Shown here: piece by piece, positions 45,469-55,691 of the stretch
How the letters are laid out: each line of letters starts with the position of its first letter
How positions within the stretch are numbered: position 1 is the stretch's first letter
Source of the DNA: an uncultured delta proteobacterium
GTDB taxonomy: Bacteria; Myxococcota_A; UBA9160; SZUA-336
Assembly (NCBI GenBank): GCA_963704165.1
Contig: CAVPHD010000003.1
Coordinates: 96,001 to 160,000, forward strand
DNA: 64,000 bases
Reading direction: 5' to 3'
Made by a program: the position numbers and the translations under genes
The notes under the pieces: generated by a model
The model's database searches: none
Told to the model about the DNA's origin: nothing
The model's input: the letters and a program-made list of their open reading frames with translations, nothing else

Positions 45469-46632
45469 GTGAAACGGATCGCGCTGGGAATCGTCGCGAT
45501 CGTGCTGCTGTTCGCACGTGGAGGCTCGCCCGTCGCGGCGGAGCTCCACGTCGCGACGACCGGCGACGACCGCTTCTCGGGAAGCGAAGCGACGCCGTAC
45601 CGGACGATCCGACGAGCTCTCGACGTCGCGAGCCGCGGCGACACGATCCTTCTGCACGCCGGCACGTACGAGGAGCGCATCAGCACGCAGGACGGCCCCA
45701 TCCGCGGCGGCCAGTCCTGGGCGGACGCGCTGACGATCGCCGCGATCCCCGGCGAGGCCGTCGTGCTCCAGCCGCCGGCGGGCTCGACCCGCGTCGTCAT
45801 GCTCGCCGACCCGATCGCGAGCTTCATCGTCTTCCGCGGACTCGTGCTCGATGCGAGCCGGGTTTCGCACGAGGCCGTGAAGATCACCTGGACGACATTC
45901 GGACCGAGCAACGGCTCGCATCACATCCGCATCGAGGACTCCGAGGTGATGAACGCCCCCGGGCAGGGTCTGCTGGTCGGCGGACACCACAACGAGTTCG
46001 TGCGGTTGCGCGTGCACGACAACGGGCGCACCGACCTCGAGCACGGTCTGTACATCACCGGCCCCGACAACCTCGTGGACGGCTGCGAGGTATACCGCAA
46101 TGCCGGCTGGGGGGTACATCTCTACAACGGAGATGCGAACGACGTCGATCGCAACGTCATTCGCAACAACCGCATTCGCGACAACGCGCGCGTCGGCCGG
46201 CGCGGCGCGGGGATCGTCCTCTCGAGCGGCAGGGACAACATCGCCTTCAACAACGTGATCTTCGGGAACCAACTCGGCATCCAGGTCGCGGCCAAGGGCG
46301 TGCGATCGCGCGTGTACAACAACACGATCTTCGCCCAGACGAGCGCGGGCATCGAGGTGGACGACGGCGCCGTGGACTCCGACATCCGAAACAATTTGGT
46401 GTTCGGAAATGCGTCGGGCATCAAGGACGCGGGCAAGGGCACCGCGATCTCGTCGAACCTGGTGAACGTCGACCCCGGCGTGGTCGATGCCTCTGGATTC
46501 GACGTGCGGCTCACGTCCACGAGCGCGGCGGTCGACAAGGGCGAATCGCTCGATGCGGTCGCGACCGATCACGATCGCCGGCCGCGACCCCAGGGCGCGG
46601 GCTACGACATCGGCGCGTACGAGGCGCGCTGA
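45469..46632 (+). CDS. Secreted right-handed beta-helix (pectin lyase-like) protein
   Basis: Signal peptide, HVATTGDD..PYRTI..GDTILLHAGTY, Asn-ladder repeats and a C-terminal GYDIGAYE. Confidence 0.85.
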   Translation: MKRIALGIVAIVLLFARGGSPVAAELHVATTGDDRFSGSEATPYRTIRRALDVASRGDTILLHAGTYEERISTQDGPIRGGQSWADALTIAAIPGEAVVLQPPAGSTRVVMLADPIASFIVFRGLVLDASRVSHEAVKITWTTFGPSNGSHHIRIEDSEVMNAPGQGLLVGGHHNEFVRLRVHDNGRTDLEHGLYITGPDNLVDGCEVYRNAGWGVHLYNGDANDVDRNVIRNNRIRDNARVGRRGAGIVLSSGRDNIAFNNVIFGNQLGIQVAAKGVRSRVYNNTIFAQTSAGIEVDDGAVDSDIRNNLVFGNASGIKDAGKGTAISSNLVNVDPGVVDASGFDVRLTSTSAAVDKGESLDAVATDHDRRPRPQGAGYDIGAYEAR

Positions 46633-46636
46633 ACGG

Positions 46637-47461
46637 TCACTTCGGAGCTCCTCGGCGGCGCACGCCGATCACGTTCGGAATCGGCCACGCGGAGGCCTTG
46701 GTCCTGCTCGCCGACGACCCCTCCGCTCCCTCGAAGAGCTCGAGCTCGACGTCGCCGGCCTTCAGGTAGAGCTGCGCGAGGCGTCCGCCCTCGAGGTGCT
46801 GCGCGGCGACGATTCCGATCCCGGACGAGAGCAGCACGCGCACGAAGTCCTGCATCGAGGTCGGAGTTCCCGCGTAGATGAACAGGATCCGACCGGCCTC
46901 GTCTTCGCCGAGCGCCGCCTCGCTCCATCGCTCGTTCTTCGCGCTCCAGCGGTTCAACCCGGGACGCTTGATCAGCCGGAGATTCTGAACGAGCGAGGCG
47001 TACTCCTCTCGGAGGCTCGCGATCGTGACGCCGGACTCGTCGAGGTCGAAGATCCGGAACGGCGGACGTTTCGCGCCTTCGCGCGGGTCGAAGGCCGCCA
47101 CCGACTGGTACGAGTTGATTCGGCGGCTCTCGACCTTGCCTCGGAACTCGGTGTATCCGACGTGCGTTTTGTAGTCCTCGCCGAACATCCCCGCGTTGAT
47201 CGCGAGCGCGAGGTCGTGACCCTCGGCCCATTCCCGCGCCGTGAGTCCCGTCGATTCGCCCGTGCTGCTCTGGCCGACGAGCGCGAGCTCGAAGGACTCC
47301 GGATCGACGCGCACGACGACGATCCGAGCGGCTTCGGGCTCGGCCGACTGCGCAGGAGCGACCCGCGTCAGCTCCACTCCGGGCGCGATCGGTTTCCATT
47401 CGGCGGGGGTTCCGCTCGCGTCGCCCGCGACGAGCCCGAGAAGAACGGCAAAGAGCAACAT
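46637..47461 (-). CDS. Phosphodiester glycosidase (NAGPA-like) family secreted protein
   Basis: WKPIAPGVE, VVRVDP, AINAGMF, SEAALG, HLEGG and WPIPNVIGV. Confidence 0.7.
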   Translation of the reverse strand: MLLFAVLLGLVAGDASGTPAEWKPIAPGVELTRVAPAQSAEPEAARIVVVRVDPESFELALVGQSSTGESTGLTAREWAEGHDLALAINAGMFGEDYKTHVGYTEFRGKVESRRINSYQSVAAFDPREGAKRPPFRIFDLDESGVTIASLREEYASLVQNLRLIKRPGLNRWSAKNERWSEAALGEDEAGRILFIYAGTPTSMQDFVRVLLSSGIGIVAAQHLEGGRLAQLYLKAGDVELELFEGAEGSSASRTKASAWPIPNVIGVRRRGAPK

Positions 47462-47493
47462 CGGCGCTTCCTCTCGCGTCGTCGGAGCGGAAT

Positions 47494-48435
47494 TCAGAGG
47501 TAGCGCCCGCTCGAGACCGGAAGCCTTCCGGTCGCCTTCTTGAAGCGATCGACCTCGGCCAGCAGGTCCTCCGTCGTCACCACGCCGGGCTTGTCGTCGG
47601 CCGCTTCGCAACGCGCTTTGCGGCGCAGCACCGCGTGCACCAGACGCACCCAGTTCCCGATCGACGATTCGCGGTTCTGCTCGACCACGCGGATCCAGTC
47701 GATGCTCTCGAAGAGCGTGCGTCCCGCGCGCTTCTCCGCCGCCGTCGCGTGGAGACCGACCGCCGCGATCACATCGCCTGGCACGGTCGGAATCACCGAG
47801 ACGATGCGCTCGAAGCGACCCGGCTCGAAGTAGATCGGAGAGAGCGTGTCGGGCCGACTGGTCGAAGCGAGCATCAGCGTGGACGTGACGCCGATCGTCA
47901 CGTCGATCAGCTCGAGCAGGAAATCACCGAGCAGCGTCGCCGGAAGGTCCGGGCGCGGCCCGCCGAGCGACGGGTCGTGCGCGAAGTCGAGCTCGTCGAA
48001 GTAGACGGTGATGCGCTTGATCTCGCCGAGTGTGTCCTGCCACGCCTGCAAGAGGTCCCCGACCTTCCCGCCCGCGTGCAGGATCTGCAGCGCGAGACGC
48101 GGGCTGCGAATGGCCAGAAACGGGGTCTCCGTGCGCGTGGCGAGCGCTTCTGCGAGCAGCGTCTTGCCCGAGCCGTTCGGACCGATCAGGAGCAGGCCCG
48201 AGGGCGGGAACGTGCCCCAGCGCTCGTAGACATCGGGGTCGGTCGCAGCGCACGCGTAGGTGAGCAGCTCGTCCTTCGCCTCGTCGAGTCCGCCGATGTC
48301 GCCAAAGTCGATCGCCGGCGACGGACTGAAGTCGCACGACTTCGCGACCGGCGGAAACTTCCGCACGAATGGCTCCCACAAGTTGGCGGCTCGCTTTCGC
48401 TCGATCTCGTTCATCTCTCTCGTCACCTCGCCCAT
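47494..48435 (-). CDS. Stand-alone AAA+ ATPase
   Basis: FGDIGGLDEAK, Walker A GPNGSGKT, Walker B VYFDELD and PGRFERIV. Confidence 0.85.
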   Translation of the reverse strand: MGEVTREMNEIERKRAANLWEPFVRKFPPVAKSCDFSPSPAIDFGDIGGLDEAKDELLTYACAATDPDVYERWGTFPPSGLLLIGPNGSGKTLLAEALATRTETPFLAIRSPRLALQILHAGGKVGDLLQAWQDTLGEIKRITVYFDELDFAHDPSLGGPRPDLPATLLGDFLLELIDVTIGVTSTLMLASTSRPDTLSPIYFEPGRFERIVSVIPTVPGDVIAAVGLHATAAEKRAGRTLFESIDWIRVVEQNRESSIGNWVRLVHAVLRRKARCEAADDKPGVVTTEDLLAEVDRFKKATGRLPVSSGRYL

Positions 48436-48495
48436 CCATTCTAGGCTTTGCCGGCCAGGCTTGTGCCTCCGATCCGCGTGGGGCACGGTGAACGA

Positions 48496-49737
48496 ATGAC
48501 GGACACCTCACCGGCTCTGGCGTTGCTCGTCGGCGGCGGCCCGGCACCCGGGATCAACGGCGTGATCTCGGCCGCCACGATCGAGGCGCGAAATCGCGGC
48601 GTGCGCGTGGTCGGCGTGCTCGACGGCTTCCAGCACCTCGCCGAGGGCGATACCTCGAAGATCATGCCGCTCGAGATCCGCGACGTCTCGCGGATCCACT
48701 TCCGCGGCGGCTCGATCCTGCGGACCTCGCGCGCCAACCCGACCAAGGAGGCGCGAAAGCTCGAGAACGTGGTCGCCGCGCTGCGCGCGCTGAACGTCCG
48801 ACGGCTCATCACGATCGGCGGCGACGACACCGCGTTCTCCGCCAGCCGCGTCGCCGAGCAGGCGGGTGGCGCTCTCTCGGTCGTGCACGTCCCGAAGACG
48901 ATCGACAACGACCTGCCGCTCCCGGGCGGGATCGTCACGTTCGGCTTCGAAACGGCGCGACACGTCGGTGTGTCGCTGGTCGAGACGATCATGGAGGACG
49001 CGCGCGCGACGAGCCGCTGGTACCTGCTCGTCGCGATGGGCCGCAAGGCCGGCCACCTCGCGCTCGGCATCGGCAAGGCCGCCGGGGCGACGCTGACGCT
49101 GATTCCCGAGGAGTTCGCGGGCGAACGGCTCAAGCTCGCCCGCCTCGCGGACGTGATCGAGGGCTCGATCATCAAACGCCGCGCGCTCGGAGACGAGAAC
49201 GGGACGGTCGTCCTCGCCGAGGGCATCGCGGAGCTGCTCGACCCCGCCGACCTCGCGGGCATCGAGACCGCGGAGCGCGACGACCACGGCCACGTGCGGC
49301 TCTCCGAGCTGCCGCTCGGCAACGTGCTCAAGAACGAGCTCCGCAACCGCTTCGCCGCGCGCGGCATCTCGGTCAAGCTCGTCGCGAAGGACATCGGCTA
49401 CGAGCTGCGCTGCGCGGATCCGATCCCCTTCGACAGCGAGTACACGCGCGACCTCGGCTACGGAGCCGCGCGCACGATTCTCGAAGGCGGCGGCTCCTGC
49501 ATGATCACGCGGCAGAACGGCAAGATCGTCGCGATGCCGTTCGCCGACCTGATGGACGCGAAGAGCGGCCGCACGCGCGTGCGCCTGGTCGACATGCACT
49601 CCGAGTCCTACGCCGTCGCGCGCCAGTACATGATCCGGCTCGGCCCCGCGGACGTCGGCGACCCGCTCTGGCTGCAGACGCTCGCCGACGCGGGCCGGAC
49701 CACGCCCGCCGATCTGCGCGCGCGCTTCGGGCGATGA
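48496..49737 (+). CDS. pfp: Pyrophosphate-dependent phosphofructokinase
   Basis: GGGPAPGIN, GGDDT (the PPi-type GGDD), PKTIDND, MGR and GYELRC. Confidence 0.88.
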   Translation: MTDTSPALALLVGGGPAPGINGVISAATIEARNRGVRVVGVLDGFQHLAEGDTSKIMPLEIRDVSRIHFRGGSILRTSRANPTKEARKLENVVAALRALNVRRLITIGGDDTAFSASRVAEQAGGALSVVHVPKTIDNDLPLPGGIVTFGFETARHVGVSLVETIMEDARATSRWYLLVAMGRKAGHLALGIGKAAGATLTLIPEEFAGERLKLARLADVIEGSIIKRRALGDENGTVVLAEGIAELLDPADLAGIETAERDDHGHVRLSELPLGNVLKNELRNRFAARGISVKLVAKDIGYELRCADPIPFDSEYTRDLGYGAARTILEGGGSCMITRQNGKIVAMPFADLMDAKSGRTRVRLVDMHSESYAVARQYMIRLGPADVGDPLWLQTLADAGRTTPADLRARFGR

Positions 49738-49753
49738 CGGACCGGATTCGGCT

Positions 49754-50614
49754 CTAGCGGGTGGCGATCGCTGCCCGCAGCCGCTGCCACTCCTCGAGGT
49801 AGCGCGCGAGGTGCGGCTTCCCGCCGCTCGTGCTCTCGTGCTCGATCAGCGCCTGCACGTGACCCTGCTCTCGCTCGTACGCGGCCGCCGAGAAGAAGCC
49901 CGCGAAGTGGGCCATGCGCAGCCAGACGAGATAGGTCGTGAGCGCGTCGAACTCGTTGTACGCGACGATCTCGGCGAGCCGCCCGCGGAGCCACAGGTCC
50001 GCGACGTCGTTGCCATCGATGCCGAGCTTTCCGGGGATGCCGGACTGGACGGCGAGCTCGTTCAGGGACGGGACGGACTTGCCCCAGCCGCCGAGGATCT
50101 CCTTCAAGTCGACGTTCCACTCGCTGCCGCGCGCGAAATAGTCGATCCCCTCCCAGGGCTTGTCGGGACGGCGCGCAAAGCCCGCGGCCTGCACGCCGAG
50201 GATGACACCGCGCTGGATCAGGATCTTGAGATCGGCGTCCTGCGAGTTGAAGCCGACCAGCTGCGGCCGGTGCTTCCCGACCGCTTCGAGAAACGTCCCG
50301 ACCAGGTTCGCCTCGCGCGCCTCGTCCTCGCTGCGCGGGTCTCTCGGCAGCGAGAGCAGCCGGAGCGTCGGCGCCTCGTCGTCGTTCTTCGCGTGCCGCT
50401 CTACGACGGCAATCGATACGATCCGGCACAGCACGGTCTTCAGGAACGGCGTCGGGTCGTCGTCGCTTCCCCCGCCGGCGCGCCACATCACTTCCATGAT
50501 CTCGCGCGGTGACTCGGTCTCCGGGGGAACACCGTGAAGGAGGCGCCCGGCGAGCGGATCGGGAATCCACTCCAGGTCGAATGCCCAGACGCGTTCCTTC
50601 ACGCTCTTGATCAC
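49754..50614 (-). CDS. PolB-related 3'-5' exonuclease family protein
   Basis: AFDLEWIPD, QLVGFNS..D, IPGKLGIDG and YNEFDALTTY (DEDDy). The GTG start overlaps the upstream stop. Confidence 0.85.
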   Translation of the reverse strand: MIKSVKERVWAFDLEWIPDPLAGRLLHGVPPETESPREIMEVMWRAGGGSDDDPTPFLKTVLCRIVSIAVVERHAKNDDEAPTLRLLSLPRDPRSEDEAREANLVGTFLEAVGKHRPQLVGFNSQDADLKILIQRGVILGVQAAGFARRPDKPWEGIDYFARGSEWNVDLKEILGGWGKSVPSLNELAVQSGIPGKLGIDGNDVADLWLRGRLAEIVAYNEFDALTTYLVWLRMAHFAGFFSAAAYEREQGHVQALIEHESTSGGKPHLARYLEEWQRLRAAIATR

Positions 50615-51171
50615 TTCAGGATGCCCTCGATCCGATCGAGCATCTCCTGCTCGTCCTTCGTCACGCGGTTCAGGCCGAGAAAGCCTCCCGCGGCGCGCGC
50701 GACCTTGCGCGTGCGATCGAGGATGTCCGTGCGCAGGGCGGCGTAGGCGGACTCCGACAGATTCCCGCGGAGCGCCTCGACGTAGCCGGTCCACGCGCCG
50801 ATCAGCTCGTCCCCGGGACGTTCGTCCAGCCACTTCTCGAGCAGCTCGTAGGCGGTGCTCCCCGGCGCCACGCCCTGCTCGTCGGCAGCGCGGAGAATCG
50901 CGCCGCGTTCGCGGTCCTGGAGCACGCCGTCGCGCCACGCCAGCAGGATCAGCGGCGCGAGCGCCAGGGCCGCCAGCGTCTCGGCCTCGACGCCCGCGGC
51001 GAGAAGGTTGTCGAGAACCTGCTCGTCCGAGATTCCGGTCTTGGACGCCAGACCTCGCTTCAGCTTCTCTGCCGCTTCCTTGGCGCGCAACTTGGCGAGC
51101 AGCTGATCGTTGTACTTGTTGAAGAACGCTTCTTCGAGCGCTCGCCGGCGCCGCTCCAGCTCATCGGACAT
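50611..51171 (-). CDS. TerB-like helical protein
   Basis: SD GAAGGAG, ALEEAFF, LAWRDG..ERGAIL and VARAAGGFLG. Confidence 0.72.
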   Translation of the reverse strand: MSDELERRRRALEEAFFNKYNDQLLAKLRAKEAAEKLKRGLASKTGISDEQVLDNLLAAGVEAETLAALALAPLILLAWRDGVLQDRERGAILRAADEQGVAPGSTAYELLEKWLDERPGDELIGAWTGYVEALRGNLSESAYAALRTDILDRTRKVARAAGGFLGLNRVTKDEQEMLDRIEGILK

Positions 51172-51261
51172 GCAGGGATCTCCTTCGGTTCGCCCAACCA
51201 TGCCACGGGATCTCGCGACGGGCACCCCTCCTCGACGTAACCTATCGTCGTGAGTCGGACG

Positions 51262-52107
51262 ATGAAGAAATCCGTGCGAATCCTTGGTTCGAGATCGCGG
51301 CGCGAGCGCGACCCGCTTGCGGAACGCCGCAGTCGGCTGGAGGGGCGTGTGCCCTATCTGGCGACCGTGCGCGCGCCGAACGAGCCACGCGAGAGTGTGG
51401 GCCCGAACGGCGTGCTCGAGGTCGCGACCTACAACGTCCACCGCTGGACCGGCCCGAGGGGCGGAACGGCCTGGGCTCCGGAGATGGCCGCGGAGGTGAT
51501 CGCAGAGCTCGACGCCGACGTGATCGCGCTCCAGGAGGTTCTGCGCCCGTTCGAGTCCGAGGATCCGCTCCTGGCGCTGGCCGACTCGTTGGGCCTCTAC
51601 CTGGCCTCGGTTTCGACCCGGGTGCACCGCCGCGGTGAGCTGGGAAACGCGATCCTCTCGCGCTGGCCGCTGACCTCGGTCTTCACGCTCGATCTCTCCG
51701 GCTCGCGCCTGGAACGCCGTTCCGCGATCGCTGCGCAGTTCGCGCGCGACGAGAATCACGTCTCGATCGTGGCCACCCACCTCGCGCTCGTCGATCGGAC
51801 ACGCGAGCGGCAGGTGCACCAGCTGCTCGACCACCCACAGCTGCAGGGGCCGACGGTCCTGCTCGGCGACATGAATGCCTGGCGCCGCTGCCCCGCGACG
51901 CGAAGGCTCGAGGACGAGCTGACGCAGCTGCACCACAACGAAGCCTGGCCTCCGACCTGGCCCGCGACACGGCCGGTTCTCGCGCTCGACCGCGTCTACG
52001 CCCGCGGCGTCCGGGTCGCGAAGGTTCGCACCCACCAGAGCACCGCGGCCCGTCGCGCCTCGGACCATCTTCCGGTGGTCGCGACGGTCGAGATCAAGTC
52101 GGAGTAG
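51262..52107 (+). CDS. Endonuclease/exonuclease/phosphatase family protein
   Basis: ATYNVH, ALQEV, GNAILSR, GDMN, LDRVY and ASDHLP. Confidence 0.9.
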   Translation: MKKSVRILGSRSRRERDPLAERRSRLEGRVPYLATVRAPNEPRESVGPNGVLEVATYNVHRWTGPRGGTAWAPEMAAEVIAELDADVIALQEVLRPFESEDPLLALADSLGLYLASVSTRVHRRGELGNAILSRWPLTSVFTLDLSGSRLERRSAIAAQFARDENHVSIVATHLALVDRTRERQVHQLLDHPQLQGPTVLLGDMNAWRRCPATRRLEDELTQLHHNEAWPPTWPATRPVLALDRVYARGVRVAKVRTHQSTAARRASDHLPVVATVEIKSE

Positions 52108-52194
52108 ACCGGTTCCGCAGTTCGCATGTGGCTGATCGCCCCTCTCGCAGGCGCGAGCCAGTCCGCTACAACGCTCGACCAGGGGGAGATAGAC

Positions 52195-53373
52195 ATGTCG
52201 AGGTGCGTCGCTTCACTGATCCTCGCACTCGGGATTGCGGTCGCGCCGGGCGCATTCGCCGCCGCGGACGCCGATGCCCAAGAAGCGAATCGCCTGCGCG
52301 AGAGCATGCAGCAGGTCTTCGAGGCGCTCGCGCAGCTGCTTCCCGCGAGCCTCGATGACGATCGGTTCGCCTCGCCCGCCGAGCGGCCGAGGATCGAGGC
52401 CTGGCTGGCCACGCTGGCGGCGGCTTCGAGCGACATCGAGCGGCACACGGGAGCGCGCGACCCCGGCTTCGGCCAGATCTCCCGATCTCTCAACCGGGAC
52501 GTCGCCGAGATCCGCCAGCGCTATGCGCTCGGACGCACGGTCGAGGCGCAGTTCTACGTCTCGCAGCTGACCGAGAATTGTGTCGCCTGCCACTCCCGGC
52601 TGCCGAAGGCCCGCGACTTCCCGCTCGCGCAGAAGCTGACGAACGACGCCGTGGTGAAGACGCTCGAGCCGCGCCAGCTCGCCCGGCTCTACGTCGCGAC
52701 GCGGCAGTTCGACCCGGCGCTCGCGCTCTGGGAGAAGCGCTTCGCCGATCCGTCGCTGAAACCGGCCGAGCTCGACCTCGACGGCGAGGTTCTCTCGTAT
52801 CTGATCGTGAGCATCCGCGTGCAGCGCGACTTCGCCCGGGCGCGAAGCACGCTGCAGAAGCTGGCGACGCGGCCGGACATGCCGCGCTACCTGGCGACGG
52901 ACGTGCGGGCCTGGATCGCGCAGCTCGCCGAGGTCGAGGCATCGCCAAAGGACGACGCGACGCTCGCGAACGCCCGGGCGCAGCTCGAGAAGGGCCGCGC
53001 GCTCTCCGAGTTCCCCGCGGACCGCGCCGCGCTCGTCTACGACCTCTCGGCGTCGAGCGACCTGCACCGCCTGGTCGCACGCCACCCGACCTCGCGCGCG
53101 GAGCTGGCCGAGGCCTATTACCTGCTCGGCGCGATCGAAGCGCGGCTGGAACAGGGCAGCTGGGTCTCCGAGACCGAGCAGCACCTCGAGAGCTCGATCC
53201 GCACCGATCCCGGCGGGCCGTTCGCGGAGAAGGCCTACGTCGTGCTCGAGCAGTACACGGTGCTGGCCTTCGGCGGGGCGTCGGGCGCGACGGTGCCCGC
53301 CGACGTCGAGCAGCGCCTCGACGAGCTGCGAAAGCTCGTCGATTCGAGCCAGGCCGGAAAGGCCGGGCCGTGA
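52195..53373 (+). CDS. Secreted monoheme c-type cytochrome with TPR-like helices
   Basis: Signal peptide, a helical bundle ending in CVACH, then AEAYYLLG-type repeats. Confidence 0.7.
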   Translation: MSRCVASLILALGIAVAPGAFAAADADAQEANRLRESMQQVFEALAQLLPASLDDDRFASPAERPRIEAWLATLAAASSDIERHTGARDPGFGQISRSLNRDVAEIRQRYALGRTVEAQFYVSQLTENCVACHSRLPKARDFPLAQKLTNDAVVKTLEPRQLARLYVATRQFDPALALWEKRFADPSLKPAELDLDGEVLSYLIVSIRVQRDFARARSTLQKLATRPDMPRYLATDVRAWIAQLAEVEASPKDDATLANARAQLEKGRALSEFPADRAALVYDLSASSDLHRLVARHPTSRAELAEAYYLLGAIEARLEQGSWVSETEQHLESSIRTDPGGPFAEKAYVVLEQYTVLAFGGASGATVPADVEQRLDELRKLVDSSQAGKAGP

Positions 53374-54251
53374 GCACGCTCCTCGTCGCCACCGACTTCT
53401 CGAAGCACGCCGACCGAGCCCTCGAGCACGCGTGCGCACTCGCGAAGATCCTCGGGGCGAACGTCGAGCTCTTCACGTCGGCCTACATCCCCCCGTTCCT
53501 GATCGCGGCGGTCGCGACCGGGATGACGCCGAACTGGCTTCAGGAGGCGCGCGACCAGGCGTCGAAGCAGCTTGCTACCCTGGCTGCACGGCTCGGCACG
53601 GAGGGCGTGTCGGTTTCGACCTCGAGCTCGACGGACGAGCCGTCGATCGCGATCTGCGCGCGCGCCGACGAGATCGGCGCCGATCTGATCGCGACCGGAA
53701 CGCAGGGGCATACGGGCATCGCGCACGCGGTCTTCGGCAGCGTCGCGGAGCGGGTCGCGCGATTCGCACACAGCCCGGTGTTGACGGCACACGCGGACTC
53801 GCCCTCGCCGGGCGCGTACCGGCGGGTGCTGGTGCCGACCGATTTCTCGCAGGACGCGGACCTCGCGCTCGCATGGGCGCGACTCCTGGTGGAGCGGACC
53901 GGCGGCACGCTGATCGTCCAGCACAGCTGCGAAATGCCGCCGCTGCTCGCGAGCAGCGCGGAGCTCGCGCGCGCCTCGATCGAGACGTCGCTCGAGAGCG
54001 CCGCGCGGGAGAAGCTCGAGGGGATCCGCCGCTCGCTCGGGGAATGCGACTCCGAGACGATCGTCTCGCACGGACGCGCGGGTGCGGCGATTCTCGACGC
54101 CGCCGAGACCGCGAAGGCGGATCTGATCGTGATGGGCACGCGCGGCCGAACCGGGCTCGCGCACGTGCTGCTCGGCAGCACGGCCTCGGGTGTGCTGCGG
54201 CGATCGCGCCTGCCGGTCGTGACGCTGAAGACGCGACCGGATCCCGCCTAG
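53370..54251 (+). CDS. Tandem-domain universal stress protein
   Basis: LVATDFS..ADLIATGTQG..FGSVAERV and LVPTDFS..ADLIVMGTRGR..LGSTA. Confidence 0.92.
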   Translation: MSTLLVATDFSKHADRALEHACALAKILGANVELFTSAYIPPFLIAAVATGMTPNWLQEARDQASKQLATLAARLGTEGVSVSTSSSTDEPSIAICARADEIGADLIATGTQGHTGIAHAVFGSVAERVARFAHSPVLTAHADSPSPGAYRRVLVPTDFSQDADLALAWARLLVERTGGTLIVQHSCEMPPLLASSAELARASIETSLESAAREKLEGIRRSLGECDSETIVSHGRAGAAILDAAETAKADLIVMGTRGRTGLAHVLLGSTASGVLRRSRLPVVTLKTRPDPA

Positions 54252-54252
54252 A

Positions 54253-55125
54253 TCAGCCGAGCGCCACGGCCCACGCGAGCGCGACCACTGCGAGCGCGCA
54301 GAAGGCGAGCGCGGCCTGCGCGGGAGCGGGTGGACGGATCGACATCCCCCGCGCGGCGAGAAAGCCGAGCGCACTCCCTGCGACAAGACCCAGGACGTGC
54401 GCCATGAGATCGCTCCCGGCGCCCGTGCCGAGCATCGCGAGCAACCCGAGTCCGCCGGCGATCGGCAGCCAGGCCCGGTTCCAGCCGAGCTGCTGGCGTC
54501 GGCGACGCACGAACTCGGTGGCGGCGAGCGCACCGATCGCGCCAAAGAGCGCCGTGGACGCGCCCACCGAATGGTGTTGGGAGCCGTGCCAGTACGCGGT
54601 CAGAAGATTGCCCAGCGTTCCTGAGCCGAGCAGGATCCACACGCCCACGCCCAGGCCGAAGCGGCGCAGAAGAAGCGTTCCGAAGATCCCACACGAAAAT
54701 GCGTTGCCCAGAACGTGCGCGGCGTCGGAGTGCAGCGTGAGCGCGGTGACGGCGCGCCAGAACTCGCCATGGACGATCCTCCTCGCATCGGCCGTGCCGC
54801 GCTCGAAGTACGAGCTCGTCTCGCTCCACGGTCCGGTGAAGAGGAAGAACGCGGCGAGGGCGAGCCCGATCCAGATGCCCGCGTTCGTCGGCTCGTCGGG
54901 CTGAAGCGAGGGCGGCGATGGCTGCGGCTTCGCGTTCTCGCGCACCCAGCTCGCGAGCAACGCCTCGGCGCGGACGCGGTCGCTCTCGTCGATGGCGACC
55001 CAGAACGCGCCCTCGCTCGCGACGAGACCGTGAGGGATGCCCTCCGCTGCGAGCACGAGAGACCAGGATTCCGCCTGGGCGCGGCTGGATGCCGCGAGCC
55101 GGGCGTCGCGCCCGCTAGCCTCCAC
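54253..55125 (-). CDS. Rhomboid intramembrane serine protease
   Basis: WRAVTALTLH, HVLGN, GAS and AHVLG. Confidence 0.9.
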   Translation of the reverse strand: MEASGRDARLAASSRAQAESWSLVLAAEGIPHGLVASEGAFWVAIDESDRVRAEALLASWVRENAKPQPSPPSLQPDEPTNAGIWIGLALAAFFLFTGPWSETSSYFERGTADARRIVHGEFWRAVTALTLHSDAAHVLGNAFSCGIFGTLLLRRFGLGVGVWILLGSGTLGNLLTAYWHGSQHHSVGASTALFGAIGALAATEFVRRRRQQLGWNRAWLPIAGGLGLLAMLGTGAGSDLMAHVLGLVAGSALGFLAARGMSIRPPAPAQAALAFCALAVVALAWAVALG

Positions 55126-55684
55126 CGGCTTCGCTCGATCCGGCCGCGAACTCCGAGCGCAGCACGGCCATCGCCACCATGTCGATCGGCTCGCCGTAGC
55201 GCAGCCGGTGCTCGCGCAGCCGTCCCTCGTGGCGGAATCCGGACTTCTCGTAGCAGCGGATGCCGCGCGCGTTGTCCGCGTCGGCGATCAAGGTCACGCG
55301 CCGAAGCCCGAGGTCCGTGAAGGCGAAGCCGAGCAGACACCGGATCGCGTCGGTTCCGTGACCGAGCGACCAACAGGCACGTTCGCCGATCAGGATCGAG
55401 AGCTCCGCGCGCCGGTGTGGATGAAGGCCGAGCAGGCCGATGTCGCCGATCGGCATGCCCTCGCGCGTCTCGATCAGGAAGCGCAGCTCCGAGGGATCGG
55501 CGAGAACCTCCGCGATCTTCCGCGCGACCGCGCCCCGCGTCCGGTACTCCGGACCGTCCTCGGACCGGTGCAGCCAGTGACGCACTTCTGCGTCGGAGTG
55601 CCAGCGCGCCTCGAGCTCGGCGTGCTCGAGGCGGAGCGGAATCAGACGGACCGCCCGGCCCTCGAGGCTGCGCGGGGCGATCAC
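55115..55684 (-). CDS. GNAT acetyltransferase (RimJ/RimL-like)
   Basis: WSLGHGTDA and NARGIRCYEKSGFRHEG. Confidence 0.88.
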   Translation of the reverse strand: MIAPRSLEGRAVRLIPLRLEHAELEARWHSDAEVRHWLHRSEDGPEYRTRGAVARKIAEVLADPSELRFLIETREGMPIGDIGLLGLHPHRRAELSILIGERACWSLGHGTDAIRCLLGFAFTDLGLRRVTLIADADNARGIRCYEKSGFRHEGRLREHRLRYGEPIDMVAMAVLRSEFAAGSSEAGGG

Positions 55685-55691
55685 GCGGATC

